From the NCBI GenBank assembly GCA_963775465.1, contig CAVZIW010000013.1, forward strand, positions 64,001-128,000: 64,000 nucleotides of DNA, in the 5' to 3' direction. Source of the stretch: Candidatus Bathyarchaeota archaeon (GTDB lineage: Archaea; Thermoproteota; Bathyarchaeia; Bathyarchaeales; Bathycorpusculaceae). Below, one piece after another: positions 31,627 through 40,949 of this stretch; the first letter of the stretch is position 1; the number at the start of each line of letters is the position of its first letter. A program made the translations under genes and the position numbers. The notes under the pieces were generated by a model, which saw nothing but the letters and a program-made list of their open reading frames with translations, was not told the origin of the DNA and made no database searches.

Positions 31627-32207
31627 ATAACTCCTTTGGAACTGGGGACACCTTTACGCCTAGAATCAACAGCTATAGCCTGACGAAGTGACAGCGCAAA
31701 AGCTTTAGTGGCAGCTTCCGCTTTGTGGTGATCATTGCTTCCGTACTCAACAAAAACATGCACGTTCGCCTGCAACGACTGCGACAGGGATTCAAAGAAG
31801 TGCACGATATCTTCAGTCGGCATGTCTTCTACTTTTTTCCCGCGGAGTTTAAGGTCAATTTTGAAGTATGGACGTTTAACAAGGTCAACTGCTCCAAAAG
31901 CAAGTGAACAATCCATTGGTGCAGCGGCGTTGCCAAAACGCATAATTCCTTCACGGGTGCCCAACGCTTTATTAAGCGCCTCACCTAAACCAATTGCGAG
32001 ATCTTCGACAGAGTGATGCACCAAATCACCCTTCACTGATGCAGTTATATCGATTAGACTGTGAGTTGCAAAAGAAACGATCATATGGTCAAGAAACGGA
32101 ATTGCAGTACAAACCGAAACTTTTCCCTCACCATCCAAGTTCACGGCTACTTTAACTTCAGTTTCTTTGGTTTTACGGTAAACCTCTTCTTTTCTCATCT
32201 TATTCAC
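31623..32207 (-). CDS. hisB: imidazoleglycerol-phosphate dehydratase
   Basis: RKTKET, HHSVED, NDHHKAEA, PSSKG. Confidence 0.97.
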   Translation of the reverse strand: MNKMRKEEVYRKTKETEVKVAVNLDGEGKVSVCTAIPFLDHMIVSFATHSLIDITASVKGDLVHHSVEDLAIGLGEALNKALGTREGIMRFGNAAAPMDCSLAFGAVDLVKRPYFKIDLKLRGKKVEDMPTEDIVHFFESLSQSLQANVHVFVEYGSNDHHKAEAATKAFALSLRQAIAVDSRRKGVPSSKGVI

Positions 32208-33318
32208 CTTGAATTTCTTTTAATGCCTCAAGTAATTTAGCGTTCATTTCTGGCAAACCAACAGTTACACGGAAACAGTTATCATATTGGAGGATTTTAC
32301 CCCATTTCTTAATCATTATACCACGTTTGAGCAGTTTGTCGTTAACTTCGTCAGCGGGTTTTTGTGTGTTCATCAGCAGAAAATCCGCTTGCGAATCGAA
32401 AGCTTGCACGCCCTCTATTTGGTTTAGTGCCTTAATGAGTTTTCCGCGTTCATTTACCAATTCCTTGGCGGCTTTTTCCATCAAACCAACGTTGTCTAGC
32501 ATTTTGCTGCCCATACGCAAGGTAAAACCACTAACTGGATAAGGAAGAGGCGACTTCTCAGAAATAACTTTAGCTAATTCAGGGTTTGTCACGGCATAAC
32601 CCAGTCGCAACGCTGCCAATCCAAAAGCTTTCGAGAAGGTTCGCAGAATTATCATGTTTGGGAACTCACGTATCCGAGGGACAAACGAGTAATCAGCAAA
32701 TTCACAATAAGCCTCATCGAGAATGACAATTCCGGGGAAGACCTTGACTAAGGATTCAACATCTTTCATATTGAATTGAGTTGCAGTTGGATTATTAGGT
32801 GAGCAAATATACAATAAACGAGTTTTGTTGCTGAACACAGAAAGCAAGCCTTTAACATCAAGTTGAAAGTCACTTTTCAGAGGAACCGTTATGTATTCGC
32901 TTTTTTGGCGCTTAATACAGAGTTTTGGGATACTGAAGGTTGGTGTGAACGAAACCTCGACGTCACCCGGTTCCATAAATAGCCGTGTTATTCGGTCAAT
33001 TAATTCATCGCTTCCATTCCCTACAACAAGACAATCTTCGGAAGCTCCAATATAGCTCGATAGTTTAGGAAGAAACTTGGAAACTTCATCCTCAGGATAT
33101 AGACGCAAGTCAAATTCTTCAGCCAACTCTTTGATCAACTTTGTCTGCGCTGAGCGGTCAACAAACATACTCTCGTTAAAGTTCAGCTTAACAATTTTAA
33201 ATGGATTAACGCCTATTTGCTTAGCGATAGCTTCAGGTGTCGCACCTGCCGAATAGCAGTCAATGTTTTGGAGCTCTGCAAGTTTATCTCTTAACCACTT
33301 TCTGTATGAAGCACTCAT
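32200..33318 (-). CDS. hisC: histidinol-phosphate aminotransferase
   Basis: GNGSDE, SPNNPT, DEAY, RTFSKAFGLAALRLGY. Confidence 0.96.
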   Translation of the reverse strand: MSASYRKWLRDKLAELQNIDCYSAGATPEAIAKQIGVNPFKIVKLNFNESMFVDRSAQTKLIKELAEEFDLRLYPEDEVSKFLPKLSSYIGASEDCLVVGNGSDELIDRITRLFMEPGDVEVSFTPTFSIPKLCIKRQKSEYITVPLKSDFQLDVKGLLSVFSNKTRLLYICSPNNPTATQFNMKDVESLVKVFPGIVILDEAYCEFADYSFVPRIREFPNMIILRTFSKAFGLAALRLGYAVTNPELAKVISEKSPLPYPVSGFTLRMGSKMLDNVGLMEKAAKELVNERGKLIKALNQIEGVQAFDSQADFLLMNTQKPADEVNDKLLKRGIMIKKWGKILQYDNCFRVTVGLPEMNAKLLEALKEIQGE

Positions 33319-34616
33319 TTTTCGAACCTGGCCGTTATCGCTTTATAGTGGTTCGGAAGATTCTCTGCTTCCGTGAGGGTCTTTATACTGTCTTTTACTC
33401 TTTCCAAACCCGTTCTTGTGCTTTCAACAATGCTAACTCTCCGCATAAAATCCAGCACTGTTAAACCTGAGTAAGATTGCGCAAAGCCGCCCGTAGGCAG
33501 AACATGATTAGTTCCGCTACCATAATCGCTCAATGCAACTGGGCTGTATGGACCTAGTAATATAAGTCCAGCAGTGAGTTGGTCAGCAATCTCCTTGGGT
33601 TTAACTGTCAAGACCTCTAAGTGTTCAGGAGCAAACTGATTAGCTAAGGTGACCATTTCTTTGATATTTTCGCAAACGATAATGAACCCGTATTTAGCTA
33701 AAGATGCAGAGATTTTTTCCCTTCTTTGGGCTAAAGCAACAATCGTTTTAAGGCTTTCCTGAACCTGCAAAGCAACCATCTCTGAAGTTGTTATAAGCCC
33801 AGCAACACTGTCGTCACCATGCTCAGCCTGCGAAACCATATCATATGCAATAAATCGAGCATCAGCCGACTCATCAGCCAAAATCAGAACTTCACTAGGA
33901 CCAGCAGGCATATCAATAGCAACGTCGTTGGAAACAAAAACTTTCGCGGCTGTTACGTATCTACTGCCAGGTCCAACAATTTTATAGACAGGCTCTATGG
34001 CTTTTGTCCCGTAAGCTAAAGCTGCGATGGCTTGGGCTCCGCCAACTTTGTAAACTTCATCAACTCCACAGATATCGGAAGCAACAAGAACCAGTGGGTT
34101 TACTCTACCACGGGCATCTGAGGGTGAACACACAACTATTCGTGGAACACCAGCAATTTTGGCAGGAACCGCAGTCATGACAAGGGTGCTTGGGTATGTA
34201 GCTTGTCCTCCCGGAACATAACATCCGACACTTTTTATCGGACGTAGAATCGTTTGAACAGATATTCCGTCACTTTCAGTCTTTATGTCGGTTTTATTGA
34301 CCAATTGTTTTTGGAAGTCACCGACTTTTTCCTTCATGAATTTTATGGCATTTAATTGCTGGGGGCTGGTTTTTGAGTAAGCTTCTTTGATTTCTTCTGG
34401 CTTAACTTTGAGTGTACGGGTTGTTAACTCTGCTTTGTCGAATTTCAACGCAAACTCTACAAGCGCTTTATCGCCATTCTGTTTCACTTGGTCCATTATG
34501 GATTTGACACTGTTCTCGAGTTCCACGGTTGCTTGTTTGTCTGCCTTCTCGCGTTTGAACCAGTCGACAGATAGCTCTTTTGAGTCCCAGACCTTTATTC
34601 CGAGTCCGTTACGCAT
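33315..34616 (-). CDS. hisD: histidinol dehydrogenase
   Basis: YVPGG, GGAQAIAALAYG, DMPAGPSE, QAEH, APEHL, GTNHVLPT. Confidence 0.97.
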   Translation of the reverse strand: MRNGLGIKVWDSKELSVDWFKREKADKQATVELENSVKSIMDQVKQNGDKALVEFALKFDKAELTTRTLKVKPEEIKEAYSKTSPQQLNAIKFMKEKVGDFQKQLVNKTDIKTESDGISVQTILRPIKSVGCYVPGGQATYPSTLVMTAVPAKIAGVPRIVVCSPSDARGRVNPLVLVASDICGVDEVYKVGGAQAIAALAYGTKAIEPVYKIVGPGSRYVTAAKVFVSNDVAIDMPAGPSEVLILADESADARFIAYDMVSQAEHGDDSVAGLITTSEMVALQVQESLKTIVALAQRREKISASLAKYGFIIVCENIKEMVTLANQFAPEHLEVLTVKPKEIADQLTAGLILLGPYSPVALSDYGSGTNHVLPTGGFAQSYSGLTVLDFMRRVSIVESTRTGLERVKDSIKTLTEAENLPNHYKAITARFEK

Positions 34617-35596
34617 CTGCCTTCATTTCTCCGTGCTATCTCGTCAAGCGCGAGGACTTGCCGCGGCTCATAAACAACTAAACCTTGTGCTAGCTTTCGG
34701 ATTTTCGGGAGCAAACCAATTAGGCAATCTTTTTCGATAACGGAGTTCACTCCAACCCAACCTTCGTCTGCAAGGGGGGATATAGTAGGATTCTTTAAGG
34801 CAGGCAACTCAGTGAGTAAATTTTGCAGGTTCTCTTTTTTAACATTGACAAATATGTGAATTCTCTTTGAACCATCCACAACACCTTTTAGCAGAGCAAC
34901 AATGTCAAAGATTTTTTCTCGTTTCTCAGGGTCTTCTAAAGTCTTTTTGTTAGCAATAAGCACAGCTGATGATCTTAAGACGGTTTCAATTATTTTCAGG
35001 TTATTGGCTTCGATTGTTGTTCCTGTTTCGGTAACATCCATTATGCAATCAGAGTCTTCTGGAGGCTTAGCTTCGGTCGCACCAAAAGACAGGAAAATCT
35101 TTGCTTGCGAATTTTCGCCTTTTCTCCACCATGGGGTCACAATCATAGGGTCAGCGTTGCCAAACCGCTTCGTATATTGTGGAGTGTTTTTGAGATATTC
35201 AGATGCAATATTGAGGTATTCGGTGCTGATGCGGAAGTTTTTGCCTTGGCTCCAGATTGATTCCATAAACTCGCCCACTGTGCTACTTTCAGGCACACTT
35301 TTGGGCACGGCTATGACGAGTTTGATTTTTCCGTATTCGAGGTTCTGCAAGATTTCTACATCAGCTTTGTTTTCCTTAACCCAATCTTCCCCAGTGATGC
35401 CTAAGTCTTGTAAACCTTCGTTAACAAAGACAGGAATTTCTTGAGGTCGAAGAACTTTCATTTCGATTTGTGGGTCATTTATTGAGGGGCGATATGTGCG
35501 GTCTGTTCCACCTATTTTGAATCCTGACTTGGAGAAAAATTCTGCAGTTGCTTTTTCTAGGGACCCTTTGGGAATTGCAAATTTTATTTTATCCAT
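34595..35596 (-). CDS. hisG: ATP phosphoribosyltransferase, long form with insertion
   Basis: AIPKGSL, DLGITG, GATE, DVTETGTT, C-terminal regulatory domain. Confidence 0.95.
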   Translation of the reverse strand: MDKIKFAIPKGSLEKATAEFFSKSGFKIGGTDRTYRPSINDPQIEMKVLRPQEIPVFVNEGLQDLGITGEDWVKENKADVEILQNLEYGKIKLVIAVPKSVPESSTVGEFMESIWSQGKNFRISTEYLNIASEYLKNTPQYTKRFGNADPMIVTPWWRKGENSQAKIFLSFGATEAKPPEDSDCIMDVTETGTTIEANNLKIIETVLRSSAVLIANKKTLEDPEKREKIFDIVALLKGVVDGSKRIHIFVNVKKENLQNLLTELPALKNPTISPLADEGWVGVNSVIEKDCLIGLLPKIRKLAQGLVVYEPRQVLALDEIARRNEGRCVTDSE

Positions 35597-35704
35597 AAAT
35601 TTTCACCTGAATTTCCAGAGATTTACCTAAAGGTTTTTGTTTTGAAAGAACGTTTGGTTGCGAGGTTGCGCCTAATTCTAAATAAAATATTAAGCTTCTA
35701 ATGA

Positions 35705-35765
35705 AGGCAATCGCCTTGTATGAACGCAATCCCTCATCATACGTCACTGGATGACACCTTTGCCT
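35705..35765 (-). promoter_or_regulatory. candidate structured 5' leader of the his operon
   Basis: AGGCAA/TTGCCT outer stem enclosing GTCA/TGAC and GTATGA/TCATAC hairpins, downstream of a TTAAATA TATA-like box. Confidence 0.35.
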
Positions 35766-35818
35766 GTCTTCCATATAAACATATTCACTAATATTTAACT
35801 GTCGAACGTTAAGAGAAA

Positions 35819-36406
35819 CTACATTGTTACCGATTTGTGCTTCTTTATTTCAAAAACCAGTGGAGGAATTGAATTTTTAGTTTCCAATTCGATAGAAAGA
35901 AGACTTTCTAAAAGACCTCGCCAGATTTCGCATTCGTGAATGAAAGGTGTCTTTAAAAGCAGAAACCTGTCTTTTAAGTAAAAGTCTCCGAACCCCTGAA
36001 CTTTTAGGCGTTCAAAAATGGATGCCCAATTTTCTTGTTTGCCTGCATCCACACCTATCGTTGACTGAATAGAAACCTTCAAAGCATCACCCATCTTTTC
36101 GCCGACTTGGTGCCATTTCTCTTCAGGAATTTGTTGGGTTAGAATGTTGATTAATTCAACGTTAACGAATGCTATTCGGCTTATGCCGCAGTAGTATTCG
36201 CCGGGAAAATGCCAATCCTGAATCGTCATGCTCTTGTAAATGTTAAGCATTTTGGAGATAAGCGGTTTTATACCTGGTTCTTTGCCTTCTTTTATTAAGA
36301 GTTCAATGAAGTCTCGTTCCGACTTTTCAAGGATAATTGTGGTTCTTTTTGATTCATCACCCTTTTTATCTGGCAGTTTGGGCCTGCTTCGTCGGCTATC
36401 TAACAT
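35819..36406 (-). CDS. hypothetical protein, possible RHH-like N-terminus + V4R/HNOX-like C-domain
   Basis: KRTTIILEKSERDFIELL strand-helix pattern; G..MG, GFG, C...RGLLE pattern. Confidence 0.6.
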   Translation of the reverse strand: MLDSRRSRPKLPDKKGDESKRTTIILEKSERDFIELLIKEGKEPGIKPLISKMLNIYKSMTIQDWHFPGEYYCGISRIAFVNVELINILTQQIPEEKWHQVGEKMGDALKVSIQSTIGVDAGKQENWASIFERLKVQGFGDFYLKDRFLLLKTPFIHECEIWRGLLESLLSIELETKNSIPPLVFEIKKHKSVTM

Positions 36407-36519
36407 AGAAAATATTCTTTTAGCAATATCTAATATGCCTTATGTATTCAAAAAACATACCCACAATAAACCTAAGACCCGAAGAATACTTAATAAAACA
36501 GACGACCCCCTAGGGATTT

Positions 36520-36573
36520 GCCGATGAAGAAACTAAAAAGCTGACTGATGATGCACTCTAGGGTATCTGAGGC
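36520..36573 (+). ncRNA. candidate C/D-box guide sRNA
   Basis: GCC-G-ATGAAGA(C)-guide-CTGA(D')-TGATGA(C')-guide-CTGA(D)-GGC; TATA-like TTAATAA about 25 nt upstream. Confidence 0.7.
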
Positions 36574-36580
36574 AAAAATT

Positions 36581-36811
36581 TTACGTAATAGCTTTCTTTC
36601 TTATCAAGAAAATAAGCAACACTAAACCAACAATGAAAAGCACTAAACCTATTCCGATTGAAGCATAATAATTCAGTTTAAGGACATCTGACAACAAATA
36701 CGACACATAAGTTGGTCCAACAAAAATAAGAAACACAGAGACTATTGTTAAAGCAATTCTGGTAAATTTTGATTCAATACCGCCAACTTCAACTTCATTG
36801 TTTTCCATCAT
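36581..36811 (-). CDS. small two-TM membrane protein
   Basis: Two hydrophobic helices, basic tail. Confidence 0.7.
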   Translation of the reverse strand: MMENNEVEVGGIESKFTRIALTIVSVFLIFVGPTYVSYLLSDVLKLNYYASIGIGLVLFIVGLVLLIFLIRKKAIT

Positions 36812-36823
36812 CTGACACCCAAC

Positions 36824-37513
36824 TTACTGCTCTTCAGGTTGATTGTTGTCTACTAAACCTTCTTTTATCTCTTTTCCTAAAGCCTTCATCAAAAACTTGA
36901 AAACCGAGAATCCGGCGCCCTTATCAGCCTTAAAACCCATGGTCGTCCCCAACAAACTGACACCTTCAATCTTTCGCTCTTTTGCCAGCGCTAAAGTTAA
37001 ACCTGTTCCACCAACAATTCTGCCCTTGCTGTATATAACTGCCCCTTTCTCCATATACTCAGCTGCCAATCGATTTGAGGTTGCAGCTATAAAAACTTGG
37101 GTTTTATCCTCCGTTATTGGCACACCACCCATAGTAACAATGAATCGACAACCTATAGATTCAATAAAATCAATTATATTATCACAAACATCATAATGTG
37201 CAACCACGTCATCAAAAGATGGTTGCACCTCACCTGTCATGATAATCAAATTGTTCTTTTCCATTGGCGCATAGAAAAATTCATAATGGGGCAAAGAAGC
37301 AATTCCCTTTGAGTTAATTGAAATATAATCTGGAAAGGATGGCGAATACAACTCCGCAAATAGCTTAGCATCGCAGAACTTTATTAACAAATGTGCTGCA
37401 ATTCGACCCACATTTCCAAAGCCCGGAAGCCCCTGAACAAATATGGGGTTATCAAGCTGGGGATTTGAAATTTTACGCAAATATGGCTTATCCAATCTAA
37501 ACCATCCAGCCAT
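36824..37513 (-). CDS. PAC2 family (proteasome assembly chaperone-like) protein
   Basis: GLPGFGNVGRIAA, ELYSPSFP, GEVQP, IVGGTG. Confidence 0.9.
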   Translation of the reverse strand: MAGWFRLDKPYLRKISNPQLDNPIFVQGLPGFGNVGRIAAHLLIKFCDAKLFAELYSPSFPDYISINSKGIASLPHYEFFYAPMEKNNLIIMTGEVQPSFDDVVAHYDVCDNIIDFIESIGCRFIVTMGGVPITEDKTQVFIAATSNRLAAEYMEKGAVIYSKGRIVGGTGLTLALAKERKIEGVSLLGTTMGFKADKGAGFSVFKFLMKALGKEIKEGLVDNNQPEEQ

Positions 37514-37621
37514 AGAAAGTATGTTCGACACTAAAATGCTTTTGCCGCATAACGAAAAAGAAACTATTAATATCTGACTAAATGTGTAATAGGTTGCACC
37601 TAAAAACCCGTTGGAAAACAT

Positions 37622-37700
37622 AGCGGGGTGGGGTAGCCAGGATTAACCCGCTGGGCTCATAACCCAGAGATCAGTAGTTCAAATCTACTCCCCGCTACCA
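37622..37700 (+). tRNA. initiator tRNA-Met(CAT), CCA encoded
   Basis: A1:U72 pair, three consecutive G-C pairs in anticodon stem (CTGGG-CTCATAA-CCCAG), TTCAAAT T-loop. Confidence 0.95.
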
Positions 37701-37887
37701 AAAACAATTTTCAAAAAGCAACATTCAACCAAAAAACTACCATTTTGATCAAACATTACTTTTCCCAATAATTTCAGACTAATTATTTTTGCTTTTAAAG
37801 AGCAAGCGCCAAATAAGTTTAGTATTACGGTAAAAGTAAATAAACAAGTTGACCTAACATTAACGAAACTTTGGTTTGGTGAATTCG

Positions 37888-39690
37888 ATGAGACGGACAC
37901 TTGCAGGTCTCTTGATCGGGGTTTTCTTGTTACTAGCCATATTGCCAATTACTATGCCTTCTAACCCTATTTTGGCTCAAACCACCGGCTACACTATTAC
38001 TAGTGTTGATTACCAAGTTCAAGTCATGTATTCGGGGCACATCGCAATCCTTGACACAATACATGTGTCGGGTCAAGTACCTGATAAATTCACGGTTGGG
38101 TTGCCCTACAAATACAGCGCTTATGTTTTAGAAGGGTTCGCTTATGATAACACAAAGAATTATCAGATCAATCTAGGCGTTCAACTTAGTCAAAGTGGAT
38201 TTTACGGGGCAGAAGTAGACTTCAACGGAAATTCACCAAGTATATTTACAGTAGCATTTGTCTTATCAAATGGCTTAATTACTGATCACGGTCAAGGAAA
38301 TCTATCTCTTGATTTTCCAGCTTACCCCAGTTTACCCCAAGATGCGGGCACATGCAAGGTCAGCCTCTCTTTTCCAAGTAGTCCCTTGAGCCTCACCATC
38401 ACCAAAGATGATGGAGCAACAAATGACGCGATTTACGAAAAAAATAATCTTCCAGCATTCACTTACGCAGTAGCCTCAGCAGCCTTCGAAGTTCCCACAG
38501 GCACGCTGCAATTAACCACGATCAGTAATCTAAATCGGCAAATAACCATCGATCCAAATGGAAAGGTTACCTCCTCCGACAGCTATAGAATTATAGGCAA
38601 CTCATCAACTTCAGCGAGTTCTTACGTAATAAGCATACCAGTTGAGGCCTCAAACTTAGTTGTGAAAGACCAATTTGGCGGAACCTTACCGAGTAGTCTG
38701 GCAAACTCAGCGACTGGCAATATGCAACTTGCTAACGTCACTTTGATAACCTTCTTAGGAAAAGGACAAACAACAACACTGGTTGCTAAATATGACTTAC
38801 CCAGCGCCAAAATTCAAGGTTCAAACTATGTATTAGCAGACTTTAACCTCTTCCCAGACACCTCCTACTACGTTGATCAAGCAACCATCACGTTTAACCT
38901 ACCGGAAGGAGCGACTATCATATCTCCACAGGCAAACCAAATAACATCCACTTCATCATTAACAAGAGGAACCTACCAAGACACACTCACTATAACAGAA
39001 GAGGGCATAAGCCACATAGATTACCTCGCACCCCAACAAAACTCCATTCAAATATCATACAACTACAACCCGGTTTGGGTCTCTTTTAGACCAACCTTTT
39101 GGGCAGCCTTCGCAGCAGGAGTCGGCTGCGTGGCGGTATTATTCTACAAAAGACGTCAACCCAAAGAAGAAACGTATGCAACCAGAGCAGAACAAATATC
39201 AACTCAAAAAACTGCGCCAATCACTGCACAACAAACAAAAAGTTCAGAAATGAAACATAGTCAGAATGTAACAACAGATGATGTCAAAACCTTCCTTGAC
39301 GCCTTCGAAGACAGAAAACAGTTAAACGATGAATTAAAATCAATGGACACCAAAGCACAAAAAGGAAAAATTCCAAGACGCCAATACAAAGTTCAAAGAA
39401 AAGCCATAGAAAATCGCATTGAAAGTTTGACTAGAACTATAGATCGAACAAAACAAGCATTTATCGCTTCAAGCAGTACATACTCCGATTTAGCAAGACA
39501 ATTAGACTTAGCCGAAGAAGATCTTGTCGAAGCTGAAAATAACATAAGAAGCCTTGAACTGCGCCAAAGCAAAGGTGAGATTTCCATAGAAACCTTCAAG
39601 AAAAACAGCGGCAAGTACCAAAAACAAAAAGACAAAGCAGAATCAGCCATTAACGGAATTCTACTAAGATTACGTGAAAAAATACGCTAA
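37888..39690 (+). CDS. ribophorin I (OST1)-like membrane protein
   Basis: Signal peptide, two beta-sandwich ectodomains, single TM, C-terminal coiled-coil bundle. Confidence 0.6.
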   Translation: MRRTLAGLLIGVFLLLAILPITMPSNPILAQTTGYTITSVDYQVQVMYSGHIAILDTIHVSGQVPDKFTVGLPYKYSAYVLEGFAYDNTKNYQINLGVQLSQSGFYGAEVDFNGNSPSIFTVAFVLSNGLITDHGQGNLSLDFPAYPSLPQDAGTCKVSLSFPSSPLSLTITKDDGATNDAIYEKNNLPAFTYAVASAAFEVPTGTLQLTTISNLNRQITIDPNGKVTSSDSYRIIGNSSTSASSYVISIPVEASNLVVKDQFGGTLPSSLANSATGNMQLANVTLITFLGKGQTTTLVAKYDLPSAKIQGSNYVLADFNLFPDTSYYVDQATITFNLPEGATIISPQANQITSTSSLTRGTYQDTLTITEEGISHIDYLAPQQNSIQISYNYNPVWVSFRPTFWAAFAAGVGCVAVLFYKRRQPKEETYATRAEQISTQKTAPITAQQTKSSEMKHSQNVTTDDVKTFLDAFEDRKQLNDELKSMDTKAQKGKIPRRQYKVQRKAIENRIESLTRTIDRTKQAFIASSSTYSDLARQLDLAEEDLVEAENNIRSLELRQSKGEISIETFKKNSGKYQKQKDKAESAINGILLRLREKIR

Positions 39691-39755
39691 AACACCTAAA
39701 ACCTTTTATTTTACTCAAGAACTTTTGAAGAAAATTATTCAGAGGTAAGACAAAA

Positions 39756-39935
39756 ATGGTTAAAATTGTTGTCGACCCTAAATGCACTGGCTGCGAAACT
39801 TGTGTAAACACTTGCCCTGTCGGCGTCTACGAAATCAAAGATGGTAAATCAGTTCCAAGCAAAGAAAGCGAATGCTTAGTCTGCAGAGCATGTGAAGCAC
39901 AATGTCCCGAAGGTGCAATTCAGGTAATCGAGTAA
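39756..39935 (+). CDS. 2[4Fe-4S] ferredoxin (59 aa, missing from ORF track)
   Basis: MVKIVVDPKCTGCETCVNTCP...CLVCRACEAQCPEGAI; GAGGT RBS. Confidence 0.95.
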   Translation: MVKIVVDPKCTGCETCVNTCPVGVYEIKDGKSVPSKESECLVCRACEAQCPEGAIQVIE

Positions 39936-40083
39936 ACCAATAATCTCTCGGTTAATTGCTGAGATAGATTTCCCTTTTATTAGTCAACGTCAACATTTAT
40001 AAAATCTATAGTTAACGCAAAACAGATTGTTTTGATAAAAAATGTTTCCGCACATTCCAACTTGTCGATACTGGCAAATTAAA

Positions 40084-40263
40084 CTATTCTTCGATGTTCT
40101 GCAAGAATTCTACTATTTTAGCCAGCTGCTTTGCTGTTGCACTGTCTATGTTTTGTTCCGCTTCGAGATTTGCCAGAGGCTTTTCGGATCGCATAATCAC
40201 CAATACGGGTGCTTGTGCTATAACAATATCCCTCACGAGCACTTCGAAGTTCGAAGTAGGCAG
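40084..40263 (-). CDS. possible 59-aa protein with CTG start
   Basis: GAGGTGA directly before CTG-CCT-ACT...; open to TAG; acidic helical sequence. Confidence 0.35.
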   Translation of the reverse strand: MPTSNFEVLVRDIVIAQAPVLVIMRSEKPLANLEAEQNIDSATAKQLAKIVEFLQNIEE

Positions 40264-40423
40264 CTATTCACCTCTACTCGTTTACACATATTCCTATAAA
40301 AACCATGGAAAATACTCATCAAAAATGCAAAAAACTCAAAGAAAACCCACTAGAATCTTTTTTACTATCAATTTTGCGAATGTAGAAGAAAAAGATAAAA
40401 GCCAACACGACCAAGAATAGACT

Positions 40424-40699
40424 ATGCCAGACAAAGTAAATTGCTGCCACATACTAGTCAAAACAGAAACAGAAGCCAAAAACATCAAAGCACGTCTTGA
40501 TAAAGGCGAAAAATTCGGCGCTATCGCTCAACAAGTATCTTTATGCCCATCCGGCAAGAAAGGTGGAACCCTTGGATCCTTCACGAGAGGCAAGATGGTT
40601 AAGGAGTTTGAAAAAGCGGCTTTTGAACTTGAGAAAGGCCAAGTTTCTGCTCCTGTTAAGACTAAGTTTGGGTATCACATTATTAAACGAACTGAATAA
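40424..40699 (+). CDS. parvulin-type PPIase
   Basis: HILV, SLCPSGKKGG.LG.F.RGKMVKEFE, TKFGYHII. Confidence 0.95.
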   Translation: MPDKVNCCHILVKTETEAKNIKARLDKGEKFGAIAQQVSLCPSGKKGGTLGSFTRGKMVKEFEKAAFELEKGQVSAPVKTKFGYHIIKRTE

Positions 40700-40949
40700 A
40701 CCAACTAGTCGTCGTTGGCGATTTCTTCTTACTTTTTTATTCCACAGTTATATAAAGACGGGGTTAGCATGATTGGGTTGCAGTGTTTGGAAATAGCAGG
40801 AAGTGCAATCCTATTTTTTAGTATGTGGGCTGAATGGGAATAGCATTTTCACAATTATATTAATCTTAAAAGATATATCTTTAAAAGAAATATTTATTAT
40901 TGAGACCCAACCCAAATAAACTAACCAGAGACGCAAGGAGGAATAACAC

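Noticed and set aside
34902-35444. Long antisense ORFs (also 29704..30168, 59254..59802, 61818..62294 and others)
   Set aside because: Shadows of well-supported genes on the opposite strand, with no motifs
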